64,000 nucleotides of DNA. Origin: an uncultured Prevotella sp. (GTDB lineage Bacteria; Bacteroidota; Bacteroidia; Bacteroidales; Bacteroidaceae). The position numbers were made by a program, and so were the translations under genes. The stretch spans positions 563,927 to 627,926 of the forward strand of contig CAJODL010000001.1 of NCBI GenBank assembly GCA_905233165.1, read 5' to 3'. The notes beneath the pieces are model-generated. The model had not been told where the DNA came from, ran no database searches, and worked only from the letters and a program-made list of their open reading frames with translations. Positions 52,111 to 61,450 of this stretch are shown here, piece by piece (position 1 is the first letter of the stretch; every line of letters starts with the position of its first letter).

Positions 52111-54126
52111 ATGCCTTCAAATGCTTCAATGAGTGGTAACAGACCACCTCGGATGCCAAAATTCAACATGAGTTGGATTTATCTTGTTATCATCATAACA
52201 CTTGGCGTCATATTTTTCACAGATGGAGATCAGTCGATAGGCCAGAGTGCCGTTCGTCGTGCATCATATTCTAACTTCAAGGCATACGTCGATCGTGGCT
52301 ATGCCAAGAGTGTTGTTGTCAACAAACAGGAATCAAAACTCCGCATGTATGTTCGTGCTGAAAATGTCAGGGACTTGTTCCATCAAGGCAAGGACCAGAC
52401 AGGCGATGCCCCATATGTGGAGGTGTTCTATGGTAGCGTTGACCAGGTAGAGGCTTTCCTTGAGGCAGAGCGTACCAAGGGTAAGTTCAAAGGAGAACTG
52501 GTGTATGAAGACCCTTCGCGCAATGGTATTCTCGACTTCCTTATCAGCCTTGCTCCATGGATTTTGTTTATCTTCATCTGGTTCTTCCTAATGAATCGCT
52601 TCAGCGGTGGCGGAGGCGGCGGCATCGGAGGCATCTTCTCCGTAGGACGCTCTAAGGCACAGATGATAGAGAAGGGTAATACCCTTGGTATCACTTTCAA
52701 GGATGTAGCCGGTCAGGCAGGAGCAAAGCAGGAGGTGCAGGAGATTGTGGACTTCCTCAAGCAACCACAGAAATATACCGAACTGGGTGGTAAGATACCA
52801 AAGGGCGCCCTCTTGGTAGGCCCTCCAGGAACTGGTAAGACATTGCTGGCAAAGGCCGTGGCAGGAGAGGCTGGCGTACCATTCCTCTCGATGTCGGGCT
52901 CTGACTTTGTGGAGATGTTCGTAGGTGTTGGCGCTTCTCGTGTTCGTGATACATTTGCTCAGGCAAAGGCAAAGGCACCAAGTATCATCTTTATCGATGA
53001 AATCGATGCTATTGGTCGTGCTCGAAGCAAGAATCCAGGCTATGGCGGCAATGATGAACGTGAGAATACCCTGAATGCCTTGCTGACAGAGATGGATGGC
53101 TTTGGCACTAACTCTGGTGTCATCATTATGGCAGCAACAAACCGTGTCGATATGCTCGATAAGGCATTGCTGCGTGCAGGACGTTTCGATCGTGAGATAC
53201 ATGTGGACCTCCCAGACCTTACAGAGAGAAAGGAGATTTTTCAGGTGCATCTGCGTCCTATAAAGGCTGACGAAAACCTCGATATAGACCTTCTGGCTCG
53301 TCAGACACCAGGCTTCTCTGGCGCTGATATTGCTAATGTATGTAATGAGGCAGCCCTGATAGCGGCCCGTCATAACTCAAAACTCGTTACCAAACAGGAT
53401 TTCCTCGATGCTGTCGATCGTATCATTGGTGGTTTGGAGAAGAAGACCAAGGTGATGACGAATGACGAAAAGCGTGCCGTTGCCCTTCATGAGGCAGGAC
53501 ATGCTACCTGTTCATGGTTCTGTCAGCATGCCAATCCTTTGGTGAAGGTGAGCATCGTACCTCGTGGAAGAGCACTTGGCGCTGCATGGTATCTGCCAGA
53601 AGAGCGTCAGCTGACTACAAAGGAACAGTTGCTTGACGAGATGTGCTCACTGCTTGGTGGACGTGCTGCAGAAGAACTATTTACAGGTCATATCTCAACA
53701 GGTGCTATGAACGACCTTGAGCGTTCTACGAAGATGGCACAAAGCATGATTGCTATCTATGGTATGAGTGACACCCTGCCAAATATCTGTTATTATGACA
53801 ATAATGACTATAACTTCACAAAGCCATATTCAGAAGAAACAGCGAAGGTTATTGATTCCGAGGTGCTGAAGATGGTCAATGAGCAGTATGCCCGCGCTAA
53901 GGCTCTGTTAAAGGAACATAGTGAGGGACATAATGAGTTGGCAGAACTCCTGATACAGCGTGAGGTGATATTTGCAGAAGATGTAGAACGCATCTTTGGT
54001 AAACGCCCATGGGCTTCTCGTGCAGAGGAGATAATAAACGAAAACGATAACGCTAACGATAACGCTAACGATAACGCTAACGATAACGCTAACGATAACG
54101 CTAACGCTAACGATATCAATAAATAG
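52111..54126 (+). CDS. ftsH: ATP-dependent zinc metalloprotease FtsH, with a repeat-encoded C-terminal (N-D/A)n tail
   Basis: [30 protein letters not shown] region and HEAGHA zinc site. The tail is [29 protein letters not shown]. Confidence 0.95.
   Translation: MPSNASMSGNRPPRMPKFNMSWIYLVIIITLGVIFFTDGDQSIGQSAVRRASYSNFKAYVDRGYAKSVVVNKQESKLRMYVRAENVRDLFHQGKDQTGDAPYVEVFYGSVDQVEAFLEAERTKGKFKGELVYEDPSRNGILDFLISLAPWILFIFIWFFLMNRFSGGGGGGIGGIFSVGRSKAQMIEKGNTLGITFKDVAGQAGAKQEVQEIVDFLKQPQKYTELGGKIPKGALLVGPPGTGKTLLAKAVAGEAGVPFLSMSGSDFVEMFVGVGASRVRDTFAQAKAKAPSIIFIDEIDAIGRARSKNPGYGGNDERENTLNALLTEMDGFGTNSGVIIMAATNRVDMLDKALLRAGRFDREIHVDLPDLTERKEIFQVHLRPIKADENLDIDLLARQTPGFSGADIANVCNEAALIAARHNSKLVTKQDFLDAVDRIIGGLEKKTKVMTNDEKRAVALHEAGHATCSWFCQHANPLVKVSIVPRGRALGAAWYLPEERQLTTKEQLLDEMCSLLGGRAAEELFTGHISTGAMNDLERSTKMAQSMIAIYGMSDTLPNICYYDNNDYNFTKPYSEETAKVIDSEVLKMVNEQYARAKALLKEHSEGHNELAELLIQREVIFAEDVERIFGKRPWASRAEEIINENDNANDNANDNANDNANDNANANDINK
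54037..54114. repeat. 13 x AACGNN hexamer tract encoding the FtsH C-terminal tail
   Basis: aacgaa aacgat, then (aacgct aacgat) x4, then aacgct aacgct aacgat. In frame. Confidence 0.9.
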
Positions 54127-54158
54127 AAACTAAAAACTAGAAACTTGAAACTAAGATA
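54124..54158. repeat. heptad tract (tagaaac taaaaac tagaaac ttgaaac taagata) between ftsH and cdsA
   Basis: Five in-register 7-mers. Confidence 0.8.
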
Positions 54159-54161
54159 ACC

Positions 54162-55031
54162 ATGTCTAATTTCATAACTAGAACCATAACAGGAGTACTC
54201 TTCGTACTCGTTATCTTGACCTGCTTCCTTCGTCCTACGTCGATGGCATTTCTCTTTGCCCTCGTCACAGGACTATCAGTATGGGAGTTTACAGGTCTGG
54301 TAAATCAACGTGAAGATGTAAATGTCAACCGTTTTATATGCACAGCGGCAGGAGTATTCCTGTTCATCGCTATGGTTGGCTTTTGCAGTGGTATGACACC
54401 ATCATCGGTGTTCATCCCTTATCTGCTGACAGTGATATATCTGTTCTGCAGCGGATTGTTCACACGCAATCCTGACCCTATACACGATTGGGCTTATGCC
54501 ATGATGTCGCAGATGTATATCGCCCTGCCATTCTCATGCCTTGCCATCCTCGCCTTCAGGGGATATGCAGACTCTGGATTGGTGATGTATAACATGCTGC
54601 TACCTGTCAGCGTCTTTATCTTCCTTTGGATGAATGATACTGGTGCCTATTGCACTGGCTCACTTTTGGGCCGTCATAAACTCTTTCCTCGTGTCAGCCC
54701 AGGCAAATCGTGGGAAGGCTCTGTAGGTGGTGCTGTAATAGTGCTTTTAGTGGCTTACTTGATATCATATATCGATGAAAATGACCTTCTCTCATCCTTG
54801 GGCGCTATGCCAACAGGACTAAGCACCATAGAGTGGTTGGGACTCGGACTTACCGTTGTTGTCTTCGGAACCCTTGGTGACTTGGTAGAGTCACTGTTCA
54901 AGCGCACCCTTGGCATCAAGGATAGCGGCAATATCCTCCCAGGACACGGTGGAATGCTCGATCGCTTCGACTCATCCCTAATGGCAATACCAGCAGCAGT
55001 GGTGTATATATATACCTTGACGGTGGTCTAA
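54162..55031 (+). CDS. cdsA: phosphatidate cytidylyltransferase
   Basis: C-terminal SLFKRTLGIKDSGNILPGHGGMLDRFDS signature. Confidence 0.9.
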   Translation: MSNFITRTITGVLFVLVILTCFLRPTSMAFLFALVTGLSVWEFTGLVNQREDVNVNRFICTAAGVFLFIAMVGFCSGMTPSSVFIPYLLTVIYLFCSGLFTRNPDPIHDWAYAMMSQMYIALPFSCLAILAFRGYADSGLVMYNMLLPVSVFIFLWMNDTGAYCTGSLLGRHKLFPRVSPGKSWEGSVGGAVIVLLVAYLISYIDENDLLSSLGAMPTGLSTIEWLGLGLTVVVFGTLGDLVESLFKRTLGIKDSGNILPGHGGMLDRFDSSLMAIPAAVVYIYTLTVV

Positions 55032-55199
55032 GGTCAAAGGTCTAAGGTCAAAAGTCAAAGGAAGAAAGGTGATGGTTTAATACCAACTCTACAAACAAAC
55101 CTTCACCCATAAACCTTCACCCATAAACCTTCATCCTTCATCCATAAACCTTCACCAAAATAACAATGTTCAATTTTCAATGTTCAATTTTCAATATAC
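55025..55199. repeat. 25 consecutive in-register heptads filling the cdsA-GH127 spacer
   Basis: Counted base by base: ggtctaa ggtcaaa ggtctaa ggtcaaa agtcaaa ggaagaa aggtgat ggtttaa taccaac tctacaa acaaacc ttcaccc ataaacc ttcaccc ataaacc ttcatcc ttcatcc ataaacc ttcacca aaataac aatgttc aattttc aatgttc aattttc aatatac. Confidence 0.95.
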
Positions 55200-55203
55200 T
55201 GAA

Positions 55204-57264
55204 ATGAAAAAGTTTCTATTTACTCTAAGTCTTATTTTTATGTCTGCTGTGCCATCAGTAGCGCAGTATCCTATCAACCCAGTACCCTTTACGTCTGTAA
55301 AGGTTAGTGATGCTTTTTGGTCTCCACGTCTGAAGGCGTCTCGTGATGTTACTGTTCCTCTGGCTTTCGATAAGTGTGAGGAGACAGGTCGTTACACCAA
55401 TTTCACCAATGCCGCAAGGTGTATGGCAAATCCGGCACAGGAATATCCTGATACCTCTTGGACCTTCACTTTCGACGATACAGACCCTTACAAGACCATC
55501 GAGGGTGCCAGCTATTTGCTGCAGACCTATCCGAAGGCCCTCTATCATGGCCGTCCTCTCGATAAGTATGTTGACAGCGTCATTGCTGTTATAGCAAGTG
55601 GTCAGGAGCCAGACGGCTACCTCTATACTCCTCGTACCAAGGCACCTCATAAGCCTCATTCTTGGGCTGGTGATAAGCGTTGGGAAAAGGTAGAGATAGT
55701 TTCTCATGAGCTGTATAACCTTGGCCACCTTCTTGAGGCAGCCTGTGCACACTATCAGGCAACAGGAAAGCGTAGCCTACTCGATATCGGCATCAAATAT
55801 GCTGATTGCGTTTGTCGTGAGGTGGGTCCTAATGAGGGACAGGCTCATGTGGTGCCAGGTCATCAGATAGCAGAGATGGGACTCTGTAAGTTGTATGTCC
55901 TCACCAAAGACAAGAAATACCTCGACGAAGCAAAATACTTCCTCGATATGCGTGGTAAGACACAGCGTCGCGATGCATACTCACAGGCCCACAAACCAGT
56001 TGTAGAGCAGGATGAGGCTGTAGGACATGCTGTTCGTGCAGAATATATGTATAGTGGTATGGCGGATGTGGCTGCCCTGACAGGTGATACGGCATATATC
56101 AGCGCTATAGACCGCATCTGGCAGAATATCGTAGAGAAGAAATATTATATCACTGGTGGAGTAGGGGCACGCCATGACGGTGAGTCATTCGGTGCAAACT
56201 ATGAACTCCCTAATGCCTCTGCTTATTGCGAGACATGCGCGCAGATAGGTAATGTCTATACCAACTATCGTCTGTTCCTGCTTCATGGTGAGTCAAAATA
56301 CTATGATGTCCTCGAACGCTCTCTGTATAATGGTGTTCTCTCAGGTGTTTCTATTCAGGGCGATGGATTCTTCTATCCAAATCCTCTCTCTTGTACAGCA
56401 GAGCAGCAGTATGCCCGCAAACCTTGGTTTGGCTGTGCCTGCTGTCCAAGTAACATCTGTCGCTTCATACCGTCTGTACCAGGCTATGTATATGCTGTGA
56501 AGGATAATTCTGTTTATGTAAACCTCTTTATGGGAAATACCGCAACTCTGAATGTCGGTGGAAAGAAAATCACCCTCAAGCAGGAGACTCTCTATCCAAA
56601 TAATGGCGATATAAAAATGACCATCGTAAAGGGTGGTGGCGAATTCACCATGAAGATACGCATCCCTGGATGGGTTCGTGGCGATGTAGTACCAAGCGAC
56701 CTGTATACTTATGTTGATGGCAAGAAACTGGGATATTCCATAAATGTTAATGGTACCCAGCTTACGGGCGAAGGAATGAAACTCCTTAACCTCGATAACG
56801 GCTATGCTACAATAACGGCAAAGTGGAAGAAGGGTGATGTGATAGACATCCATTTTGATATGGAGCCACGTCTGGTGAAGGCAAATGATAAGGTAGCGGC
56901 AGACCGTAACCGCCTCGCAGTAGAACGTGGACCACTCGTTTATTGTGCTGAATGGCCAGACAACAGTGCTGATGTATCAACATATCTTCTCAATGCCCGC
57001 CCACAGCTGGCAATGGGAGAGAATATTAAGATAACCCCTGACCATGAGGTGAAGAGTATCACAACAGAGGCACAGGTGCTCTCTATCGGTACTGATGGCA
57101 AGCTGAAGACTGCAGACAGCAAACTCACCCTTATCCCATACTATGCGTGGGACCATCGTGGTCAGAAGGGCGGCATGGATGTATGGCTCCCAGCAGGAGT
57201 GCAGGCAGCATCCGCAACACATGTAACAGCAGAAAAACAAAAAGATAACGGATTCTTTAAATGA
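55204..57264 (+). CDS. glycoside hydrolase family 127 (beta-L-arabinofuranosidase-like, DUF1680)
   Basis: Signal peptide from ATG 55204. CETCAQ and FGCACCPSN Cys motifs are typical of GH127. Confidence 0.8.
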   Translation: MKKFLFTLSLIFMSAVPSVAQYPINPVPFTSVKVSDAFWSPRLKASRDVTVPLAFDKCEETGRYTNFTNAARCMANPAQEYPDTSWTFTFDDTDPYKTIEGASYLLQTYPKALYHGRPLDKYVDSVIAVIASGQEPDGYLYTPRTKAPHKPHSWAGDKRWEKVEIVSHELYNLGHLLEAACAHYQATGKRSLLDIGIKYADCVCREVGPNEGQAHVVPGHQIAEMGLCKLYVLTKDKKYLDEAKYFLDMRGKTQRRDAYSQAHKPVVEQDEAVGHAVRAEYMYSGMADVAALTGDTAYISAIDRIWQNIVEKKYYITGGVGARHDGESFGANYELPNASAYCETCAQIGNVYTNYRLFLLHGESKYYDVLERSLYNGVLSGVSIQGDGFFYPNPLSCTAEQQYARKPWFGCACCPSNICRFIPSVPGYVYAVKDNSVYVNLFMGNTATLNVGGKKITLKQETLYPNNGDIKMTIVKGGGEFTMKIRIPGWVRGDVVPSDLYTYVDGKKLGYSINVNGTQLTGEGMKLLNLDNGYATITAKWKKGDVIDIHFDMEPRLVKANDKVAADRNRLAVERGPLVYCAEWPDNSADVSTYLLNARPQLAMGENIKITPDHEVKSITTEAQVLSIGTDGKLKTADSKLTLIPYYAWDHRGQKGGMDVWLPAGVQAASATHVTAEKQKDNGFFK

Positions 57265-57920
57265 TTAATGTAGAAGGCATTACAAAGAGCTTTGGCTCTA
57301 TACAAGTACTGAAGGGTATCGACCTCCATATCTCCAAAGGAGAAGTCGTCAGCATCGTAGGGCCCTCTGGAGCAGGTAAGACAACCTTGCTGCAGATTAT
57401 GGGAACCCTCGACAAAGCTGATAGCGGCAGCGTCGTCATCAATGGCGTCGATACCACATCTCTCTCAAAAAACAAACTGGCAGACTTCCGTAATCAAAAT
57501 ATCGGCTTTGTCTTCCAGTTCCATCAGCTGCTACCAGAGTTTACGGCAGAGGAGAATATCCTCCTGCCATCCCTCATAGCAGGTGCCAAGCGTAGCGAAG
57601 CAACAGCACGTTGTGCAGAGCTGCTGAAATTCCTCGGAATGAGTGACAGGGCAACCCACAAGCCGACACAGCTGTCGGGTGGTGAGAAACAACGCATCGC
57701 TGTAGCCAGAGCCCTCATCAATAACCCTGCCGTAGTATTTGCCGACGAACCATCTGGTTCCCTCGATACTACCAACAAGGCAGAACTGCATCAGCTCTTC
57801 TTCGACCTCCGCAATCAGTACGGCCAGACCTTCGTCATCGTAACCCATGATGAGGGACTCTCAAAAATCACAGACCGCACCATACATCTCAGGGATGGTT
57901 TGATAGAACAGACCTTATAA
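57261..57920 (+). CDS. ABC transporter ATP-binding protein (LolD-like)
   Basis: Walker [10 protein letters not shown], signature LSGGEKQR and Walker B VVFADEP. The start overlaps the GH127 stop (ATGA). Confidence 0.85.
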   Translation: MINVEGITKSFGSIQVLKGIDLHISKGEVVSIVGPSGAGKTTLLQIMGTLDKADSGSVVINGVDTTSLSKNKLADFRNQNIGFVFQFHQLLPEFTAEENILLPSLIAGAKRSEATARCAELLKFLGMSDRATHKPTQLSGGEKQRIAVARALINNPAVVFADEPSGSLDTTNKAELHQLFFDLRNQYGQTFVIVTHDEGLSKITDRTIHLRDGLIEQTL

Positions 57921-57983
57921 AGTTTATAGTTTAAAGTTTATAGTTTATAGGCAGTGGTAAGTGTATAGTTGAGAGTTGAAAAG
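57921..57983. repeat. heptad tract (agtttat agtttaa agtttat agtttat aggcagt ggtaagt gtatagt tgagagt tgaaaag) after the lolD-like gene
   Basis: Nine in-register 7-mers starting right after the stop codon. Confidence 0.85.
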
Positions 57984-58064
57984 ATGGTTTTTCTTGGTTT
58001 TTGTAAAAATAAAAAATAATTCGTGTAAATTCGTATAATTAGTGGTCTAAAATAATATAAAAAA

Positions 58065-58703
58065 GTGGAACAGCTAAAGTTGGGACGTACCAATCGCTTG
58101 AAGGCGGTATGGAAAGTTGACTTCGGAATGTATCTTAAGGCAGAAGGATATGAAGAAAAAATCCTTCTTCCTAAGCGCTATGTACCCACCTACCTCGAAG
58201 TGGGTGATGAGATTGATGTATTCCTATATCTCGACAACGAGGAACGTCTCATTGCCACTACCCAGACCCCAAAGGTGCAAGTGGGCGAATATGCTACCCT
58301 CGAATGCGTCGATGTCAATAAGTATGGCGCCTTCCTCGACTGGGGCCTTATGAAGCAGCTCTTCTGTCCCTTCCGTGAGCAGAAACAACGCATGGAGGTG
58401 GGGAAGAAATACCTCATCTATTGTCTCATCGACGAACAGTCCTATCGCATCATGGCATCCTCGAAAGTCGAGAAATGGCGTAAGCCGGAAGATGCCCGTC
58501 GCATGGTGACAAATTTCTCAGATACCCTCCTGCGTTATCTCCAAACACAAGGTGGCAGATGTCATCTCAATGACAAAAGCAGTCCTGAAGATATCGAAGC
58601 CCAGTTTGGCGTCTCCAAACGCATCTATAAACAGGCCATCGGAGACCTCTACAAACGCCGTCTTATCACCATAACTGATAATGGCATAGAATTAGCGAAC
58701 TAA
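58065..58703 (+). CDS. S1-like RNA-binding protein (CvfB/YitL family)
   Basis: Two S1-like segments (GMYL....ILLPKRYVP; YGAFLDWGL.KQLFCPF) and a C-terminal wHTH-like KRIYKQAIGDLYKRRLI. GTG start. Confidence 0.7.
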   Translation: MEQLKLGRTNRLKAVWKVDFGMYLKAEGYEEKILLPKRYVPTYLEVGDEIDVFLYLDNEERLIATTQTPKVQVGEYATLECVDVNKYGAFLDWGLMKQLFCPFREQKQRMEVGKKYLIYCLIDEQSYRIMASSKVEKWRKPEDARRMVTNFSDTLLRYLQTQGGRCHLNDKSSPEDIEAQFGVSKRIYKQAIGDLYKRRLITITDNGIELAN

Positions 58704-58716
58704 AATAAAAAGTGCA

Positions 58717-59928
58717 ATGACGGTGATGAAATCCCTTTCTGTAGCGGTCCTCGCTTTATTGACCGCTGTAATAACAAGTTGCACAGAAGATCCTATCATT
58801 AAATATGCAGATAATGGGATACCTGATGCTGAGAGCAATATAGTAACTGTGACCACTACCGTTAGTCTTGATGGTGGTACTCGTGCATTGGATACAAATG
58901 GTAAGAGAACCTTCGCAGCAGGCGACGATGTCGCTGTAGTCTATAAGAATATCTATGGCAAGAATGTTAAGGCCGTTAGCGGAGTACTGACTCCTGACAA
59001 TATCACTGACGGAGGCAAATCGGCTACATTCACCCTTGTCCTTATCAACCCTGACAGTACGCAGAATGTGACATATATCTATCCTGCAACGATGGCAAAT
59101 TCCGATGGTACAGTGAACTATGAAGCCCTTAATGCGCAGGATGGTACATTGGCTACTCTTTCTGCAAAACTCGACTACTGCAGCGGTCCGGGAGAGTGGG
59201 TGGATAATAACAAGTTGCCAAAGGCAGACCTTGAGAGCAATCTCGCCATCGGCCTCTTTGCATTGAAAAATAGCGATGGCAGTAGCACCATTACCAGCGA
59301 AATGAAGACAGTGATTATCTGCGACGACACCAATGCCTACACCGTGAAACCCAATGGTGATACCTTCGGCAGCGATGTCATATATGTTGCCATGAAACCT
59401 GTGACGAATGGTGCACCACTCAATATCATCGCCTCTGATGGTACAAACTATTACTGTCAGAACACCACAAGTCGTGCCTACCCGGCAGGAGGCTTCCTTG
59501 AACTCCCCATGGAGATGGCAGATGCAACGAGAGAAACTATTAAGACGACGGTGGAAGAAGATACTACAGATCCTGTCTTTGAAGGCACTAATATTACTGT
59601 CAGAGGTAAATTTGCTGAGGCTGGTTCTGGAACATACATAAATTGGAATCCTAATGGTGATAATCATAATATGATGTATATCTCCTCAAAGAATGGAGAG
59701 AAAATCCAAAAAGTTGACATCCACTTTCATGGTAATTCAAAATTCTTTGCAGGACTAACACACAGCACCTATGGTATAGTTAAATGTGCTAATTTAAATG
59801 AGAATGGTTATATATTAAATGTAAATTCAAGAGAATTGACGATAACCAGTAATCCGGACCTTTCCAGTAACGACGAAAAGGTGACAATTGATCGTGTCGA
59901 TGTATATTACATCAATGCCCCACAGTAA
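58717..59928 (+). CDS. hypothetical lipoprotein
   Basis: Signal peptide with lipobox VITSC. No recognised catalytic motif. Confidence 0.6.
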   Translation: MTVMKSLSVAVLALLTAVITSCTEDPIIKYADNGIPDAESNIVTVTTTVSLDGGTRALDTNGKRTFAAGDDVAVVYKNIYGKNVKAVSGVLTPDNITDGGKSATFTLVLINPDSTQNVTYIYPATMANSDGTVNYEALNAQDGTLATLSAKLDYCSGPGEWVDNNKLPKADLESNLAIGLFALKNSDGSSTITSEMKTVIICDDTNAYTVKPNGDTFGSDVIYVAMKPVTNGAPLNIIASDGTNYYCQNTTSRAYPAGGFLELPMEMADATRETIKTTVEEDTTDPVFEGTNITVRGKFAEAGSGTYINWNPNGDNHNMMYISSKNGEKIQKVDIHFHGNSKFFAGLTHSTYGIVKCANLNENGYILNVNSRELTITSNPDLSSNDEKVTIDRVDVYYINAPQ

Positions 59929-59935
59929 TCATTAA

Positions 59936-59980
59936 CCTTTCATCCTTCATCCATCATCCATCATCCTTCATCCATCATCC
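59936..59980. repeat. heptad tract (cctttca tccttca tccatca x2 tccttca tccatca) ending at the acetyltransferase ATG
   Basis: 6.5 in-register 7-mers. The ATG is at 59981. Confidence 0.9.
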
Positions 59981-60538
59981 ATGTTCGAAGTAATCGACGC
60001 CACTGGTTCTGGCAATAAGAAAGACCCTCGCATGCGTGCCATAGAGGGAGAGATGATACGCAGTCATGCCCTATGCCTGCAAATATCATCCAAGAAGCCT
60101 ACAGACCCCGACTATAAAGGCCTTCTGGAAGAACTCTTTCAATGCCAGGTGGATGATAGTACTGTTATTGTTTCTCCATTCTATTGCGATTGTGGCTGTA
60201 GGATGAAGATTGGGAAGAATGTTACCATCAACAAGGGTGCCACTATTATCTCTCCTGGGAAGGTGGAGATAGAAGATAATGTTCTTATAGCCCCAGAGGT
60301 GAAGATAGCCACTGTAAATCATGACCCTTATGACAGGCACAACCTCATGCATTTTGGAAAGGTTACTATTAAGGAAAATGCCTGGATAGGTATGGGAGCC
60401 ATTATCTGTCCTGGAGTAACGATAGGCCGTAATGCTATTGTCGGAGCAGGCGCCGTTGTTACAAAAGACGTACCAGACAATGTCGTCGTCGGAGGCAATC
60501 CTGCTCGCATAATACGCCATTTAACCACTAATCCATAA
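59981..60538 (+). CDS. sugar O-acetyltransferase (hexapeptide-repeat, maltose/galactoside acetyltransferase-like)
   Basis: Left-handed beta-helix repeats: IGKNVTINKGATII..., ENAWIGMGAIICPGVTIGRNAIVGAGAVVTKDVPDNVVVGGNPA. Confidence 0.85.
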   Translation: MFEVIDATGSGNKKDPRMRAIEGEMIRSHALCLQISSKKPTDPDYKGLLEELFQCQVDDSTVIVSPFYCDCGCRMKIGKNVTINKGATIISPGKVEIEDNVLIAPEVKIATVNHDPYDRHNLMHFGKVTIKENAWIGMGAIICPGVTIGRNAIVGAGAVVTKDVPDNVVVGGNPARIIRHLTTNP

Positions 60539-60540
60539 AA

Positions 60541-60675
60541 AAGCCAGTGAGAAGACCGACCAGCAAGGTAAGAAGGTAAAAGATGGTAAATACTGCGTAA
60601 AAGTAGAAGCAACACTATATCAGGCAAGCACTGCCCACTCGCAAAAAATCCATGTAAAAACAATACCTTCAGCAT
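60541..60675. pseudogene. mosaic ghost copy: two fragments of the DUF2271 gene 3' part joined to the first 15 codons of the downstream esterase gene
   Basis: 60541-60562 equals 63001-63022. 60563-60631 equals 63098-63166. 60632-60645 equals 63987-64000. The minus-strand reading MLKVLFLHGFFASGQC matches the missing N-terminus of the esterase at the window end. Confidence 0.7.
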
Positions 60676-60772
60676 ACGCTTCGCATTTCCACCGCGAAGG
60701 TACGAAAAATTTTGATTAAGTTATCAAAAATAAAAAAAATAGAGTAATTTTTGTAGTTATTGGATTTTTTTA

Positions 60773-60780
60773 TACCTTTG
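60773..60780 (+). promoter_or_regulatory. -7 box (TAccTTTG) for the 60814 gene
   Basis: tacctttg lies 34 nt upstream of the ATG. Confidence 0.45.
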
Positions 60781-60813
60781 CTGCTGTGTATTTATAACTA
60801 AACTATAATCATT

Positions 60814-61350
60814 ATGAAGAAGAGTATTTTCTATTCAGTATTTATTTTTGTGCTTCTGATGGCATTTTCTCAGTCGTCAGCAGCCCAGTCATTCACATTG
60901 GCAAACGGCAAGTTAGGACCGGTTCAGGTCGGAAAAGCAATCGGCAAGCTGCCACCACGTGTTGCAGGATTGTACGATAAGTACTCTTTCAAAAAAGAGG
61001 AACACGAGGATATGGACGGCGCTTGGACCGAAGAATTCTATCAATTCGTAAAAGCTGGTAAAACCATATTTAAGGTTTACCTCGAAGAGGGTAAGGTGTC
61101 TGCTATATCATTACTTCCAGGCTCATCATTTATCAAGACTCCAGATGGTTTCTATGTAGGCTATCCGGCCCAGAAGCTATATCAGCAAAAGAAGATGCAG
61201 TGGGAGTACTATTTGTCAGAACCGGAAGCCTATGCCACAAGCGGCCATTATACATACGGCGTAGCCGCTACGGATGCAAAGACAAATAGCATGGACCAAC
61301 TGATAGGTTTCAAACCCAATGCTAAAGTCTCAATAATAACATATAGGTAA
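60814..61350 (+). CDS. hypothetical secreted protein (178 aa)
   Basis: Signal peptide ...FSQSSAAQ. No recognised motif. Confidence 0.55.
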   Translation: MKKSIFYSVFIFVLLMAFSQSSAAQSFTLANGKLGPVQVGKAIGKLPPRVAGLYDKYSFKKEEHEDMDGAWTEEFYQFVKAGKTIFKVYLEEGKVSAISLLPGSSFIKTPDGFYVGYPAQKLYQQKKMQWEYYLSEPEAYATSGHYTYGVAATDAKTNSMDQLIGFKPNAKVSIITYR

Positions 61351-61356
61351 AACAAC

Positions 61357-61394
61357 CAGGCCTGCAGTCAGTCAACGACTACAGGCCTGTTTTA
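61357..61394 (+). terminator. terminator hairpin between convergent genes
   Basis: caggcctgcagt (61357-61368) pairs with actacaggcctg (61378-61389) with 1 mismatch, followed by tttt. Confidence 0.5.
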
Positions 61395-61450
61395 CTTTCA
61401 CTCAACGCTAACCAATAAACTCTAACCTCTAACCGTTAACCATTCATCAC
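61395..61450. repeat. heptad tract (taaccaa taaactc taacctc taaccgt taaccat ...) at the GH43 3' end
   Basis: Eight in-register 7-mers. Confidence 0.8.

Noticed and set aside
55025-55199. Considered whether the short tandem repeat tracts (this one and more than 20 others) are CRISPR arrays or degenerate CRISPR remnants.
   Set aside because: The units are 7 bp (occasionally 6, 8 or 9) and directly abutting with no spacers. There is no leader and no cas genes in the window. This is incompatible with CRISPR architecture.
60328-60675. 115-aa minus-strand ORF overlapping the acetyltransferase gene.
   Set aside because: Only its first about 15 codons are meaningful (a copy of the esterase N-terminus). 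The rest is out-of-frame read-through of the ghost fragments and is antisense to the acetyltransferase. It is annotated as a pseudogene remnant instead.
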